A stretch of 64,000 nt of DNA from the NCBI GenBank assembly GCA_045576095.1, contig JAZNFP010000059.1, forward strand, positions 9,911 to 73,910, given 5' to 3'. Below, one piece after another: positions 1 through 8,202 of this stretch (position 1 is its first letter; each line of letters starts with the position of its first letter). The notes below the pieces were generated by a model. The model had not been told where the DNA came from and made no database searches. It saw nothing but the letters and a program-made list of their open reading frames with translations. Both the position numbers and the translations under genes were made by a program. The stretch is from Eubacteriales bacterium. Its GTDB lineage: Bacteria > Bacillota > Clostridia > Oscillospirales > CAG-272.

Positions 1-187
1 TCCCGTGTTCGTCGAGCTTCTGATCACCGAGTGTGAGCCCGGTGTGAAGGGGAATACCGCAACCAACGTTCAGAAGACCGCAACCGTTGAGACCGGTGCA
101 ACGATCCGCGTTCCGATCTTCATCAACGAGGGAGATAAGATCCGTATTGATACCAGAGACGGCGGTTCCTACCTCGAGCGCGCATAA
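1..187 (+). CDS. efp: Elongation factor P, C-terminal fragment (5' end lies outside the window)
   Basis: ORF runs off the left edge. The translation ...[47 protein letters not shown] matches the conserved EF-P C-terminal OB domain. Stop TAA at 185-187. Confidence 0.9.
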   Translation, partial: PVFVELLITECEPGVKGNTATNVQKTATVETGATIRVPIFINEGDKIRIDTRDGGSYLERA

Positions 188-235
188 GCCTTACGCTTAT
201 CGTGTATCATAGTAACTTGAAAGGAAGGTGCGTCT

Positions 236-679
236 ATGAAAACCACTGAAAAGGCAGCATACGTAAAGGGACTCTACAAGGGAAGAGATATCAGCGATAA
301 CGAGATCGTTAAGGAGCTGATTGAGCTCGTTTCTCAGATGGCCGAGCAGATTGACGTTCTTTCCAATGAGTGCAAGGAGCTTCGTGAGTATATCGAGGAG
401 ATCGACGAGGATCTTGATGCCGTTGAGGAAGAAATCTACGGTGACGAGGATGAGGACGACGAAGAGGATGACGACGATGAGTTTGACTTCGACGAGGATG
501 ATGAGGATGCCAATTTCTATGAGGCAACCTGCCCCTCCTGCGGCGAGGTAGTCTGCTTCGACGACACACTCGATCCTGAGGACATCACCTGTCCCGCTTG
601 TGGCGAAAAATTCAGCTGCGTTTGTGACGGCGATTGCGAGGGCTGCTCCGATTGCTGCGACGAGGACGAGACCGAATAA
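236..679 (+). CDS. Acidic zinc-ribbon protein of unknown function (147 aa)
   Basis: RBS aaggaagg lies upstream of the ATG. A long D/E tract (EDEDDEEDDDDEFDFDEDDED) is followed by two CxxC pairs (CPSCGEVVC...CPACGEKFSC) and a Cys-rich tail. Confidence 0.7.
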   Translation: MKTTEKAAYVKGLYKGRDISDNEIVKELIELVSQMAEQIDVLSNECKELREYIEEIDEDLDAVEEEIYGDEDEDDEEDDDDEFDFDEDDEDANFYEATCPSCGEVVCFDDTLDPEDITCPACGEKFSCVCDGDCEGCSDCCDEDETE

Positions 680-749
680 TTTTTCCGGTTTACCAAAAAA
701 GGGAGCGCAATATGTTCGTGCCCCTTATCGATTTTAATTGAACCAATCA

Positions 750-784
750 GAAAGCTCGACTTTTAGTAAGTCGAGCTTTCTTTT
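750..784 (+). terminator. Intrinsic terminator after the zinc-ribbon gene
   Basis: Perfect 13-bp stem GAAAGCTCGACTT / AAGTCGAGCTTTC with a 5-nt loop, followed by TTTT. Confidence 0.8.
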
Positions 785-794
785 ATCACGTAAA

Positions 795-830
795 ACAAAA
801 GGAAAGACGGCACGCAGATTGCGTACCGTC
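795..830 (-). terminator. Intrinsic terminator of rplA
   Basis: On the minus strand, GACGGTACGC-aatct-GCGTGCCGTC (one G-U pair) is followed by TTTCCTTTTGTTTT, directly after the rplA stop. Confidence 0.7.
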
Positions 831-844
831 TTTTATACGATCAA

Positions 845-1534
845 TTAACCAAGCTTGGAATAGTTGATCTTGACGCCGGGGCCCATCGTCGAAGCGATGA
901 CGCAGGACTTGACGTACTGACCCTTTGCGGAAGCGGGACGAGCCTTGATAACGGCACCGACAAGTGCGTTAAAGTTCTCACCAAGCTTCTCGGGACCGAA
1001 CGAAGCCTTACCGATGGGGCAGTGGATGATGTTGGTCTTATCGAGACGGTACTCGATCTTACCTGCCTTTGCCTCCTTAACAGCACGGGCAACGTCGGGA
1101 GTAACGGTTCCTGCCTTGGGGTTCGGCATCAGTCCCTTCGGACCGAGAACCTTACCGAGACGACCGATGACACCCATCATATCGGGGGAAGCGATGACGA
1201 CATCGAAGTCGAACCATCCGCCCTGAATCTTGGTTACGAGCTCCTCAGCACCGACGTAATCAGCGCCTGCAGCCTCAGCTGCGGCAGCCTTGTCACCTCT
1301 TGCAAAAACAAGGGTCTTCACGGACTTACCGGTACCGTTCGGAAGAACGATTGCGCCTCTGACCTGCTGGTCAGCGTGACGGGAGTCAACGCCGAGGCGG
1401 ATATGAATCTCAATGGTCTCGTCAAACTTTGCCTTAGCGGTCTGGCAAACGAGTGCGAGTGCCTCAGCGGGATCATAGAGCTTGCTACGCTCAATCAGCT
1501 TGGAGCTTTCAGTATATTTCTTTCCCATTTTCAT
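845..1534 (-). CDS. rplA: 50S ribosomal protein L1
   Basis: [27 protein letters not shown]...[28 protein letters not shown] is typical L1. GGAGG lies upstream. An alternative ATG at 1528 is possible. Confidence 0.95.
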   Translation of the reverse strand: MKMGKKYTESSKLIERSKLYDPAEALALVCQTAKAKFDETIEIHIRLGVDSRHADQQVRGAIVLPNGTGKSVKTLVFARGDKAAAAEAAGADYVGAEELVTKIQGGWFDFDVVIASPDMMGVIGRLGKVLGPKGLMPNPKAGTVTPDVARAVKEAKAGKIEYRLDKTNIIHCPIGKASFGPEKLGENFNALVGAVIKARPASAKGQYVKSCVIASTMGPGVKINYSKLG

Positions 1535-1554
1535 CTTACAATCTTCCTCCTAAA

Positions 1555-1983
1555 TTAGTCGTCGGCAACCGTGATGCCCATGCTGCGGGCAGTGCCGGCG
1601 ATCATGCTCATTGCAGCCTCAACAGAAGCAGCATTGAGGTCGGGCATCTTCTGCTCGGCGATCTTGCGAACCTGATCCTTGGTCAGCTGAGCAACTTTGG
1701 TCTTGTTCGGAGCAGCGGAAGCAGTCTCGATGCCGCAAGCCTTCTTGATCAGGACAGGGGCGGGAGGAGTCTTGGTGATGAAGGAGAAGGAACGGTCAGC
1801 GTAAACCGTAATGACAACGGGGATAATCAGACCCATGTCGTTCTTGGTTCTCTCGTTGAACTCCTTGGTGAAGTTCGGGATCGAAACACCGTACTGACCG
1901 AGTGCGGGACCTACGGGGGGAGCAGGAGTTGCCTTACCTGCGGGCAGCTGAAGCTTAATATATCCGGAAATCTTTTTAGCCAT
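1555..1983 (-). CDS. rplK: 50S ribosomal protein L11
   Basis: [47 protein letters not shown] is the canonical L11 N-terminus. It sits in the rplK-rplA gene order. Confidence 0.95.
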   Translation of the reverse strand: MAKKISGYIKLQLPAGKATPAPPVGPALGQYGVSIPNFTKEFNERTKNDMGLIIPVVITVYADRSFSFITKTPPAPVLIKKACGIETASAAPNKTKVAQLTKDQVRKIAEQKMPDLNAASVEAAMSMIAGTARSMGITVADD

Positions 1984-2081
1984 AATAAACCTCCAAATGT
2001 GGTATGATACGGGAGAAGCAAATATTTTCTCCCTCCCACGGATGCGCGTTAGCGCCGGGAAAGCGAAAAATCAGACAGCAA

Positions 2082-2624
2082 TCAGTCGGTGACTCGAATA
2101 TCCTTCGAATCAACGATGATCGGAATGTCTCGCGTTTCGGTCGAGGCGAGAACCGTGACGGTCTTCTTATCGTCACTGATCTCACGGACTGTGCCGTGAT
2201 AGCCCTCGAACATACCCGAAACGATCGAAACCTTGTCGCCAATCGAGAACGCAACGCTCTCGGTACGCATCTCGATGTTGAAGGCCTCAACCTCCTCATC
2301 GGTCAGCGGGACAGGTCTTGATCCGGGACCCACAAATCCGGTAACACCCGTGATGTTGCGGATCACGTGCCAGCTCTCGTCGTTCATCGTCATCTTCACG
2401 AGAACGTAACAGGGAAACACCTTCGTTTCAACTTCCTTCTGCTCGCCCTTCTCGTTTGTAGTGACCGAAATTTCAACGGGGATCTTCACGTCATAGATCA
2501 GATGACCGAGGCCTCTGTTCTCGACGATCTTTTCAATGCTGGCCTTCACCTTGTTCTCGTAGCCCGAGAACGTGTGAGCTACATACCATCTGGGACCGAG
2601 ATTCATCTCATTGATGTCACTCAT
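2082..2624 (-). CDS. nusG: Transcription termination/antitermination factor NusG
   Basis: WYVAHTFSGYENKVKASIE... NGN domain and C-terminal KOW (GDKVSIVSGMFEGYHGTVREI). Conserved secE-nusG-rplK synteny. Confidence 0.95.
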   Translation of the reverse strand: MSDINEMNLGPRWYVAHTFSGYENKVKASIEKIVENRGLGHLIYDVKIPVEISVTTNEKGEQKEVETKVFPCYVLVKMTMNDESWHVIRNITGVTGFVGPGSRPVPLTDEEVEAFNIEMRTESVAFSIGDKVSIVSGMFEGYHGTVREISDDKKTVTVLASTETRDIPIIVDSKDIRVTD

Positions 2625-2636
2625 GATACACTCAAA

Positions 2637-2936
2637 TTAACCGATCAGACCGGCAATACCGCCGATCACCTCGGAGAAGATAAAATCAACGAAGCCGATT
2701 GCAACACCCATCGACACGACCATCGCGCAAACGAGAACGGTGCTCTTCTTGACGTCCTTGCCGGACATCCAGACGACCTTCTTCATTTCGCTGATATAAT
2801 CGCGCCAGACCTTCGCAATACGACGACCGATTCGAGCGAAAAAGCCGGGCTTCTTCTGAGAAGCGGACTTTTCCTTCTTTGCAGAAGCTGCAGACTTGGT
2901 TTCGGTGGTCCGCAGATCGTTATCGTGCTCAGCCAT
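2637..2936 (-). CDS. secE: Preprotein translocase subunit SecE
   Basis: Basic N-terminus, then the conserved ...SEMKKVVWMSGKDVKKSTVLV... and a single C-terminal TM helix. Located between rpmG and nusG. Confidence 0.85.
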   Translation of the reverse strand: MAEHDNDLRTTETKSAASAKKEKSASQKKPGFFARIGRRIAKVWRDYISEMKKVVWMSGKDVKKSTVLVCAMVVSMGVAIGFVDFIFSEVIGGIAGLIG

Positions 2937-2953
2937 AATCGTACCTCGTCTCC

Positions 2954-3103
2954 TTACTTCGCTTCCTTATGAAGCGTGTGCTTGCGGCAGAAGCGGCAGT
3001 ACTTGTTTTTTTCAAGTCTGTCCGGATCGTTCTTCTTGTTCTTTTTTGTGTCATAATTTCTCTGCTTGCACTCCGTGCATGCGAGCGTAATTTTGACTCT
3101 CAT
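2954..3103 (-). CDS. rpmG: 50S ribosomal protein L33 (49 aa; below the ORF-track length cutoff)
   Basis: Hand translation of the minus strand gives [49 protein letters not shown], with the L33 zinc-ribbon Cys pairs. AGGAGG lies 7 nt upstream of the ATG. Confidence 0.9.
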   Translation of the reverse strand: MRVKITLACTECKQRNYDTKKNKKNDPDRLEKNKYCRFCRKHTLHKEAK

Positions 3104-3208
3104 AACGGCACCTCCTAATCGAAAATTATACCTCCCTCATGGCGACGGTTCGTGTCCTTCGTCCCAGAAAAAGACACGAAAAAAACACCTCGCAACAGAG
3201 GTAAGCCC

Positions 3209-3237
3209 ATTTTACCACATTTTGAGGTGCTTGTCAA
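3209..3237 (-). promoter_or_regulatory. Sigma-A-type promoter of rpmG-secE-nusG
   Basis: Minus strand TTGACA (3232-3237), 17 nt, TGgTAAAAT (-10 at 3209-3214). Confidence 0.7.
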
Positions 3238-3351
3238 TAGCAATATTCAATAAATTTCAAATATATTATATATTAAGTTTTGTTGGTACAATGGAATGGC
3301 GAGAATTCGGCAGTAGGCCGTGGAGCTTTAAGCCCCACGGCCGGATTATCG

Positions 3352-4482
3352 TCATTTAAGAATTTCGGCGTTGTCTCGGTCGGTAACCTTCATAAAACCG
3401 ATATAGGAGCTTCCGCGATTGACAGTCAGCGGATTTCCGTCGGCATCAAAGAAGGAGAGCGTTCCGTTGTCATAGGTCCACATGATCTCACGTGCCGTTC
3501 CGTCGGTAACGTAGGTTCCGCTGCCGCTGCCGAGCATCAGCGAAAACGAGCTGCCGTTTGCCGTTTCGTAGGTCGCGCTGTCAGAGAAAAGAACCAGAAG
3601 ATTCTTAAAGGATACGGCACCGGCGGTATTTGCATCGAGATGCGTCTCACCGAGCTGATACCGAGTGTATTCTCCGGTTGCTGCATCGTAAACGAACTTC
3701 GCGTTGTGGCTCGGGGAATAGGTAAGCATCAGCTGCGTGCAGGTGCGATCGCCCGAGAGCACCGATTCGCCGTACTCAACGAAGCGATAAGGAAGTGCGA
3801 GCGACTCGGAAATCTCCCGACGGTAGCCGAGACGGACGATCTCCGAAGCAGTAAGAGCTCCCGTCGTCATCAGATTATGAGGCATCACGCGAGAGGTATC
3901 GCGGTAGCAAAGCGACTGCAGATTCTGGGTCAGATAGTCAAGCGTATCGTACTGCGGAAAGAGAACCGACGACGTTTGATCGCTTGTCCCCGCATAAAGC
4001 TGGATTGCGTCAAATGCGCCGACGATATCAGCGATGTAATCTCTTGTCGAACGAATCGGACCGATTTTTTCGATCGTCTCATAATCCGTCGTCAGCATCA
4101 CGAGTCGAGTAGCCCCGTTTTCAATCGGAAATTCGAGCAAAACGTCGGACGAACCGATGCCAAACTGGGGAAGTGAATAGGCCGTATTGCCAAGACAGAA
4201 GGCAACAGGTCTCGAAATCGACAGTGCTTCCGTCGTTTCAAGACCTGTAAGCGGGTTAAAGTAGCGGACGACCGGCACAGGCGGCTCTTCGGGAACGGTC
4301 GTCGTGGGGGGCGTCGTTACGGGCGGAGTTTGAACCTGATTGTTGTTGCTTCCCGGATCCTTCAAAACAGGAATCAGAGAAGCCATCTCGCATCCGGCAA
4401 AGCTCACCGTAATCAGCAGAGTTAAAATCAATGCGGCAATAGCCGTCAGAGACGACGTTCCGTGTCTCTTTGGGGATTTCAT
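3352..4482 (-). CDS. DUF3048-family lipoprotein (YerB-like)
   Basis: Signal peptide with lipobox ...VSFAGC. A Pro/Thr-rich linker is followed by ...YFNPLTGLETTEALSISRPVAFCLGN...VLLEFPIENGATRLVMLT..., as in DUF3048 proteins. Confidence 0.8.
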   Translation of the reverse strand: MKSPKRHGTSSLTAIAALILTLLITVSFAGCEMASLIPVLKDPGSNNNQVQTPPVTTPPTTTVPEEPPVPVVRYFNPLTGLETTEALSISRPVAFCLGNTAYSLPQFGIGSSDVLLEFPIENGATRLVMLTTDYETIEKIGPIRSTRDYIADIVGAFDAIQLYAGTSDQTSSVLFPQYDTLDYLTQNLQSLCYRDTSRVMPHNLMTTGALTASEIVRLGYRREISESLALPYRFVEYGESVLSGDRTCTQLMLTYSPSHNAKFVYDAATGEYTRYQLGETHLDANTAGAVSFKNLLVLFSDSATYETANGSSFSLMLGSGSGTYVTDGTAREIMWTYDNGTLSFFDADGNPLTVNRGSSYIGFMKVTDRDNAEILK

Positions 4483-4506
4483 ATCGTACCTCCTTAAGTT
4501 CCGAAA

Positions 4507-4797
4507 TCAAGATGCTAAAGCTCTTTCCAGCCAGGCGCATCCGAGATCGAAGGCCTCAAAAAGGCTTTTATCGACCATTTTTTGCTTGAGAATCGAATTG
4601 TCAGCAGAGGAGATCACCTGCACCAGAATCTTGTCCGGAAGCTTTACGCTGTTCTTCTCGGTCTCGGACATGATCATCATAAACAGATAGCACTTGTCCG
4701 AAAGATCGCCGTAGTAGATCTCGTTACCGTGACGGACAAGGGGCTTTCCGTTGTAGGTAAGGTATTTTCCTTTGATTCCGATTTCTTTCATTTTCAA
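4507..4797 (-). CDS. Hypothetical protein (96 aa)
   Basis: ORF with RBS aaaggag 7 nt upstream of the ATG and its own promoter. I recognise no family. Confidence 0.55.
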   Translation of the reverse strand: MKMKEIGIKGKYLTYNGKPLVRHGNEIYYGDLSDKCYLFMMIMSETEKNSVKLPDKILVQVISSADNSILKQKMVDKSLFEAFDLGCAWLERALAS

Positions 4798-4837
4798 ACT
4801 CCTTTCTTTTAGATTTTTGCGCCCGATCTGTCGATGA

Positions 4838-4867
4838 CATGATACCGAATCAGGTAAAATTTGTCAA
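4838..4867 (-). promoter_or_regulatory. Sigma-A-type promoter for the 96-aa ORF
   Basis: Minus strand TTGACA (4862-4867), 18 nt, TATCAT (4838-4843). Confidence 0.5.
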
Positions 4868-4922
4868 TGGAATCGACAAAAACAGAACCTCAAAATCGGT
4901 CGGGCAAAATCGCCAAAATCCA

Positions 4923-6164
4923 TTATTCGGCGCGTTCCGAGAGGATTTGACGGGGTGTGCCGCGATATGCGTCGGAGGCAGGGCGCGGCCGAGGCATTGC
5001 CATAAAGCAAAAGCGATCGGCCGAAAGCGCACGCTGCGCCTGACGGGCGGCAAGCTCGGGGAGGGAAGCATAATCCGCCGTCTTCGTCAGAAGAGAGACG
5101 GAGCCATTCCTCTTGGCGATTCGAAGAATCGTGCGACCGCGCTCGGAAAACCCGAGAACGCGCGTGTACGCAGGCCTTGTGCGAAGCTCGGAGGAGGTAA
5201 CGCCGAGAAAGGTTCGCAAAAGAACGCGGCGGACGTACGCATCGGTATAAGACCGTGCGGAGACACGACGAAGCAGATCGTCAAGATCAAGCGAATCCCG
5301 AGCGGCGACAGAAAGCCGACGGACGAGATCCTCCTCAGCTTCATCACAGACGCAAAGCGACGGTGCGGGAGCCTCGGAGAGTGCTATGAAAAATGCCAAA
5401 ACGGCATCGGAAAGCCTACGGGAAAGACGAACCGGAGCATATCCGTTCTCCAGATCCCGAAGAATCGGCTTCAGGGCTTCTGCCCCGATATATGGTATTA
5501 TTTTTTCTATATTTTCGAGCTGTAAAAGTGGTCGAATTGCGCCGGCAGAGGTGGTTGTCGGATGCCTTGGAGTCAGGCTTTCGAAGCCGTCGCCGACACG
5601 CGGAATCGCTAAAGGCTCTAACTTTGCTCCCTGTCTTTGAATGGCACGAAGATACTCAACGGCAAGCGTCACGTTGGGTGGCATCTCAAGAGTCGGATCT
5701 CCTGAAAGCTCACGCATTGCTTCTCTTGCCAGGGCGGCGTAACCGAGTTTCCGACCTTGCTCGGTCAGACGAAGCTTCTGAATCGTAGCGTCAAACGCAT
5801 CGCTCGCGCGAAGCTCGGCAAGGCGAAGCAGCGACCGCAGCTCCTTGGTTTCGCAGCCGAATGCAAGCGTGTCAAAGCATGCAAGCCGATCGGCAATTGA
5901 AACACCGGCGTCGGCAAAATCCGCCGCGCTTGAAATTGAATAGGGAAAGGGAAGCTCAAGAACCAGATCAAAGCCGGCTCGTAGGGCGGATTCGGCTCGT
6001 GTATAGGGATTGGCGATTGCGACGTCCCCTCTTTGAACGTACCATCCGCTCATGATTGCGGTAACGGCAGTATCCTCGCCGCAAGCCCGCCGTATCTCGG
6101 AAAGAAGGTGAGCGTGCCCGTTATGAAAGGGGTTGAATTCTGAAATTACGGCAACCGATTTCAA
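4923..6164 (-). CDS. tmcAL: tRNA(Met) cytidine acetate ligase (YlbM/UPF0348 nucleotidyltransferase)
   Basis: N-terminus MKSVAVISEFNPFHNGHAHLLSEIRR... carries the HxGH nucleotidyltransferase motif. The ~410-aa size is typical of TmcAL. Confidence 0.85.
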   Translation of the reverse strand: MKSVAVISEFNPFHNGHAHLLSEIRRACGEDTAVTAIMSGWYVQRGDVAIANPYTRAESALRAGFDLVLELPFPYSISSAADFADAGVSIADRLACFDTLAFGCETKELRSLLRLAELRASDAFDATIQKLRLTEQGRKLGYAALAREAMRELSGDPTLEMPPNVTLAVEYLRAIQRQGAKLEPLAIPRVGDGFESLTPRHPTTTSAGAIRPLLQLENIEKIIPYIGAEALKPILRDLENGYAPVRLSRRLSDAVLAFFIALSEAPAPSLCVCDEAEEDLVRRLSVAARDSLDLDDLLRRVSARSYTDAYVRRVLLRTFLGVTSSELRTRPAYTRVLGFSERGRTILRIAKRNGSVSLLTKTADYASLPELAARQAQRALSADRFCFMAMPRPRPASDAYRGTPRQILSERAE

Positions 6165-6212
6165 TTTAGCCGCCCCCTTTCAAAGTATTTTTCTCGAATT
6201 TCGCTTTTGATA

Positions 6213-6241
6213 TTGAAAAAAGTTCTGAACTGTTATATAAT
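6213..6241 (+). promoter_or_regulatory. Sigma-A-type promoter of ackA
   Basis: TTGAAA (6213-6218), 17 nt, TATAAT (6236-6241). GGAGG RBS precedes the ATG at 6274. Confidence 0.7.
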
Positions 6242-6273
6242 AGAGCGTAATAAATTTACTTTGGAGGAAAAAC

Positions 6274-7479
6274 ATGAACGTACTCGTTATCAACGCAGGC
6301 AGCAGCTCTTTGAAGTATCAGCTTTTCGATACCTCAACGAACGAGGTTAAGGCCAAGGGAAACTGTGAGAGAATCGGCATCGACGGCCGTATCGTCCACA
6401 AGGTTCCCGGGAAAGATGAATATGCAGCGGATCTTCCGATGCCCAACCACTCCGAGGCAACCAAGATTCTGGTCGCAACTCTGACCGATCCCGTGTACGG
6501 CTGCATCGGAAGCATGAACGAGATCGAGGCTGTCGGGCACCGCATCGTCCACGGCGGTCCTTACTTTTCCGAGTCTGTGATCGTTGACGACGAGGTTCTC
6601 GCAAATCTCGAGCTTTGCCGCGATCTTGCTCCGCTTCACACCGTTCCGCATCTGATGGGCATCAGAGGCTGCATGGATGCAATGCCCGGCATCCCTCAGA
6701 TTCTCGTATTCGATACGGCATTCCATCAGACCATGCCTGAGGAGGCGTACACCTACGCAATTCCGAAGGAGCTGGTCGAAAAGCACAAGATCCGTCGCTA
6801 CGGCTTTCACGGAACCTCGCACAGATACGTCAGCGGCGAGATGCTGAAGCTTTTGGACAAGCCCGTCGAGGAGACCAAGATCGTAACCTGCCACCTTGGA
6901 AACGGCTCGTCGATTTCCGCCGTGAAGGGAGGAAAGGTTATGGATACCACCATGGGCTTTACGCCTCTTGCCGGTACCATCATGGGTACCCGTTGCGGAA
7001 GCATCGACCCGGCGATTGTTCCCTTCCTGATGGAGAAGGAAAACATTCCGGTATCCGAGATGAGCAATTTCATGAACAAGAAGTGCGGCTTCCTCGGTGT
7101 GTCGGGAGTTTCGTCCGACTGCCGCGATATTGCCGCCGCAAGAGATGCCGGTAACAAGGATGCGGCGCTTGCCATGAAGATCCTTTGCTACCAGATCAAG
7201 AAATACATCGGTTCGTTCGCGGCCGCAATGGGCGGACTTGACGCCGTCGTATTTACTGCCGGAATCGGCGAGAACACGCCCGAGATCCGCGAAGGCGGAA
7301 CCAAGGGACTTGAGTTCCTCGGTATCGAGATTGATACCGAGATCAATAACAATATCCCGCGACCGATCGCAACCACCTGCATCTCCAAGCCGAGCTCGAA
7401 GGTCAAGGTATACGTCATTCCGACCAACGAAGAGCTGGTCATCGCTCGCGATGCCGAGCGACTTGCTTCGAAGAAGTAA
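6274..7479 (+). CDS. ackA: Acetate kinase
   Basis: MNVLVINAGSSSLKYQLFD..., ...RRYGFHGTSHRYV..., ...VFTAGIGENTPEIRE... are canonical AckA motifs. Confidence 0.97.
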   Translation: MNVLVINAGSSSLKYQLFDTSTNEVKAKGNCERIGIDGRIVHKVPGKDEYAADLPMPNHSEATKILVATLTDPVYGCIGSMNEIEAVGHRIVHGGPYFSESVIVDDEVLANLELCRDLAPLHTVPHLMGIRGCMDAMPGIPQILVFDTAFHQTMPEEAYTYAIPKELVEKHKIRRYGFHGTSHRYVSGEMLKLLDKPVEETKIVTCHLGNGSSISAVKGGKVMDTTMGFTPLAGTIMGTRCGSIDPAIVPFLMEKENIPVSEMSNFMNKKCGFLGVSGVSSDCRDIAAARDAGNKDAALAMKILCYQIKKYIGSFAAAMGGLDAVVFTAGIGENTPEIREGGTKGLEFLGIEIDTEINNNIPRPIATTCISKPSSKVKVYVIPTNEELVIARDAERLASKK

Positions 7480-7596
7480 GCCGTGCTGTCCGAGCAATCG
7501 GATATGCTATTATACCACGAGCCGAGCGCTTTGTCAACGATTCCTCGACGGAAGCTTGTGCGTCGTGATGAATTTTTCGATTGGAGGATGCCCCAT

Positions 7597-8199
7597 ATGA
7601 TCACGATCGGTCTTGCCGGAGGCAGCGGAAGCGGCAAGGGGTGCGTCTGCAGACAGCTCCTTGCCGAGGGCATCCCCTCCTTTGATTGCGATGCGGTTTA
7701 TCATGAGATGATCTCGCAGGATTCCGGGGTCAGTCGGGAGCTGATTTTAGCCTTTGGCCCCTCGGTCGGCAAGCATAACGGAGGAATTGACCGCGCCGCC
7801 CTTCGCACCGTCGTTTTCGCCGACGGCGACAAATCCGCTCTCCAAGCGCTTAACGAGATTACGCACAAACACATCCGCGCGGCTTGTCTTACGTGGCTTC
7901 GTGAAATGCGTGAAAAGCGAATGCTTGCTGCAATCGTTGACGCTCCGCTTCTTTTTGAATCGGGCTTTGATGCCTTTTGCGATTTGAAGGTTTCGGTTGT
8001 TGCAAGCGAAGAAATCCGCGTTAATCGCATCATGCTGAGAGATTCGCTCACGAAGGCAGAGGCTCTTCGGCGCATACGTCTGCAAATGACCGAGCAGGAG
8101 CTGAGACGTCGTTCGGATTTTGTAATTGTCAACGACGGGGATGCTCTGACCCTGGTCCGACAGATCGGGCAACTAATGAATCTGATAAGGAGTATATAA
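7597..8199 (+). CDS. coaE: Dephospho-CoA kinase
   Basis: MITIGLAGGSGSGKG P-loop at the N-terminus. GGAGGA lies 7 nt upstream of ATG 7597. The ORF-track start at 7483 is an unlikely upstream extension. Confidence 0.9.
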   Translation: MITIGLAGGSGSGKGCVCRQLLAEGIPSFDCDAVYHEMISQDSGVSRELILAFGPSVGKHNGGIDRAALRTVVFADGDKSALQALNEITHKHIRAACLTWLREMREKRMLAAIVDAPLLFESGFDAFCDLKVSVVASEEIRVNRIMLRDSLTKAEALRRIRLQMTEQELRRRSDFVIVNDGDALTLVRQIGQLMNLIRSI

Positions 8200-8202
8200 G
8201 TC

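Noticed and set aside
6334-7497. 387-aa ORF antisense to ackA. Similar long antisense ORFs occur at 8218-9534, 11789-12928, 3280-4176, 58125-59075 and 58997-59989.
   Set aside because: Each is fully nested opposite a gene with unambiguous family motifs. None has an RBS or a recognisable domain. They are treated as frame artefacts of moderately GC-rich coding DNA.
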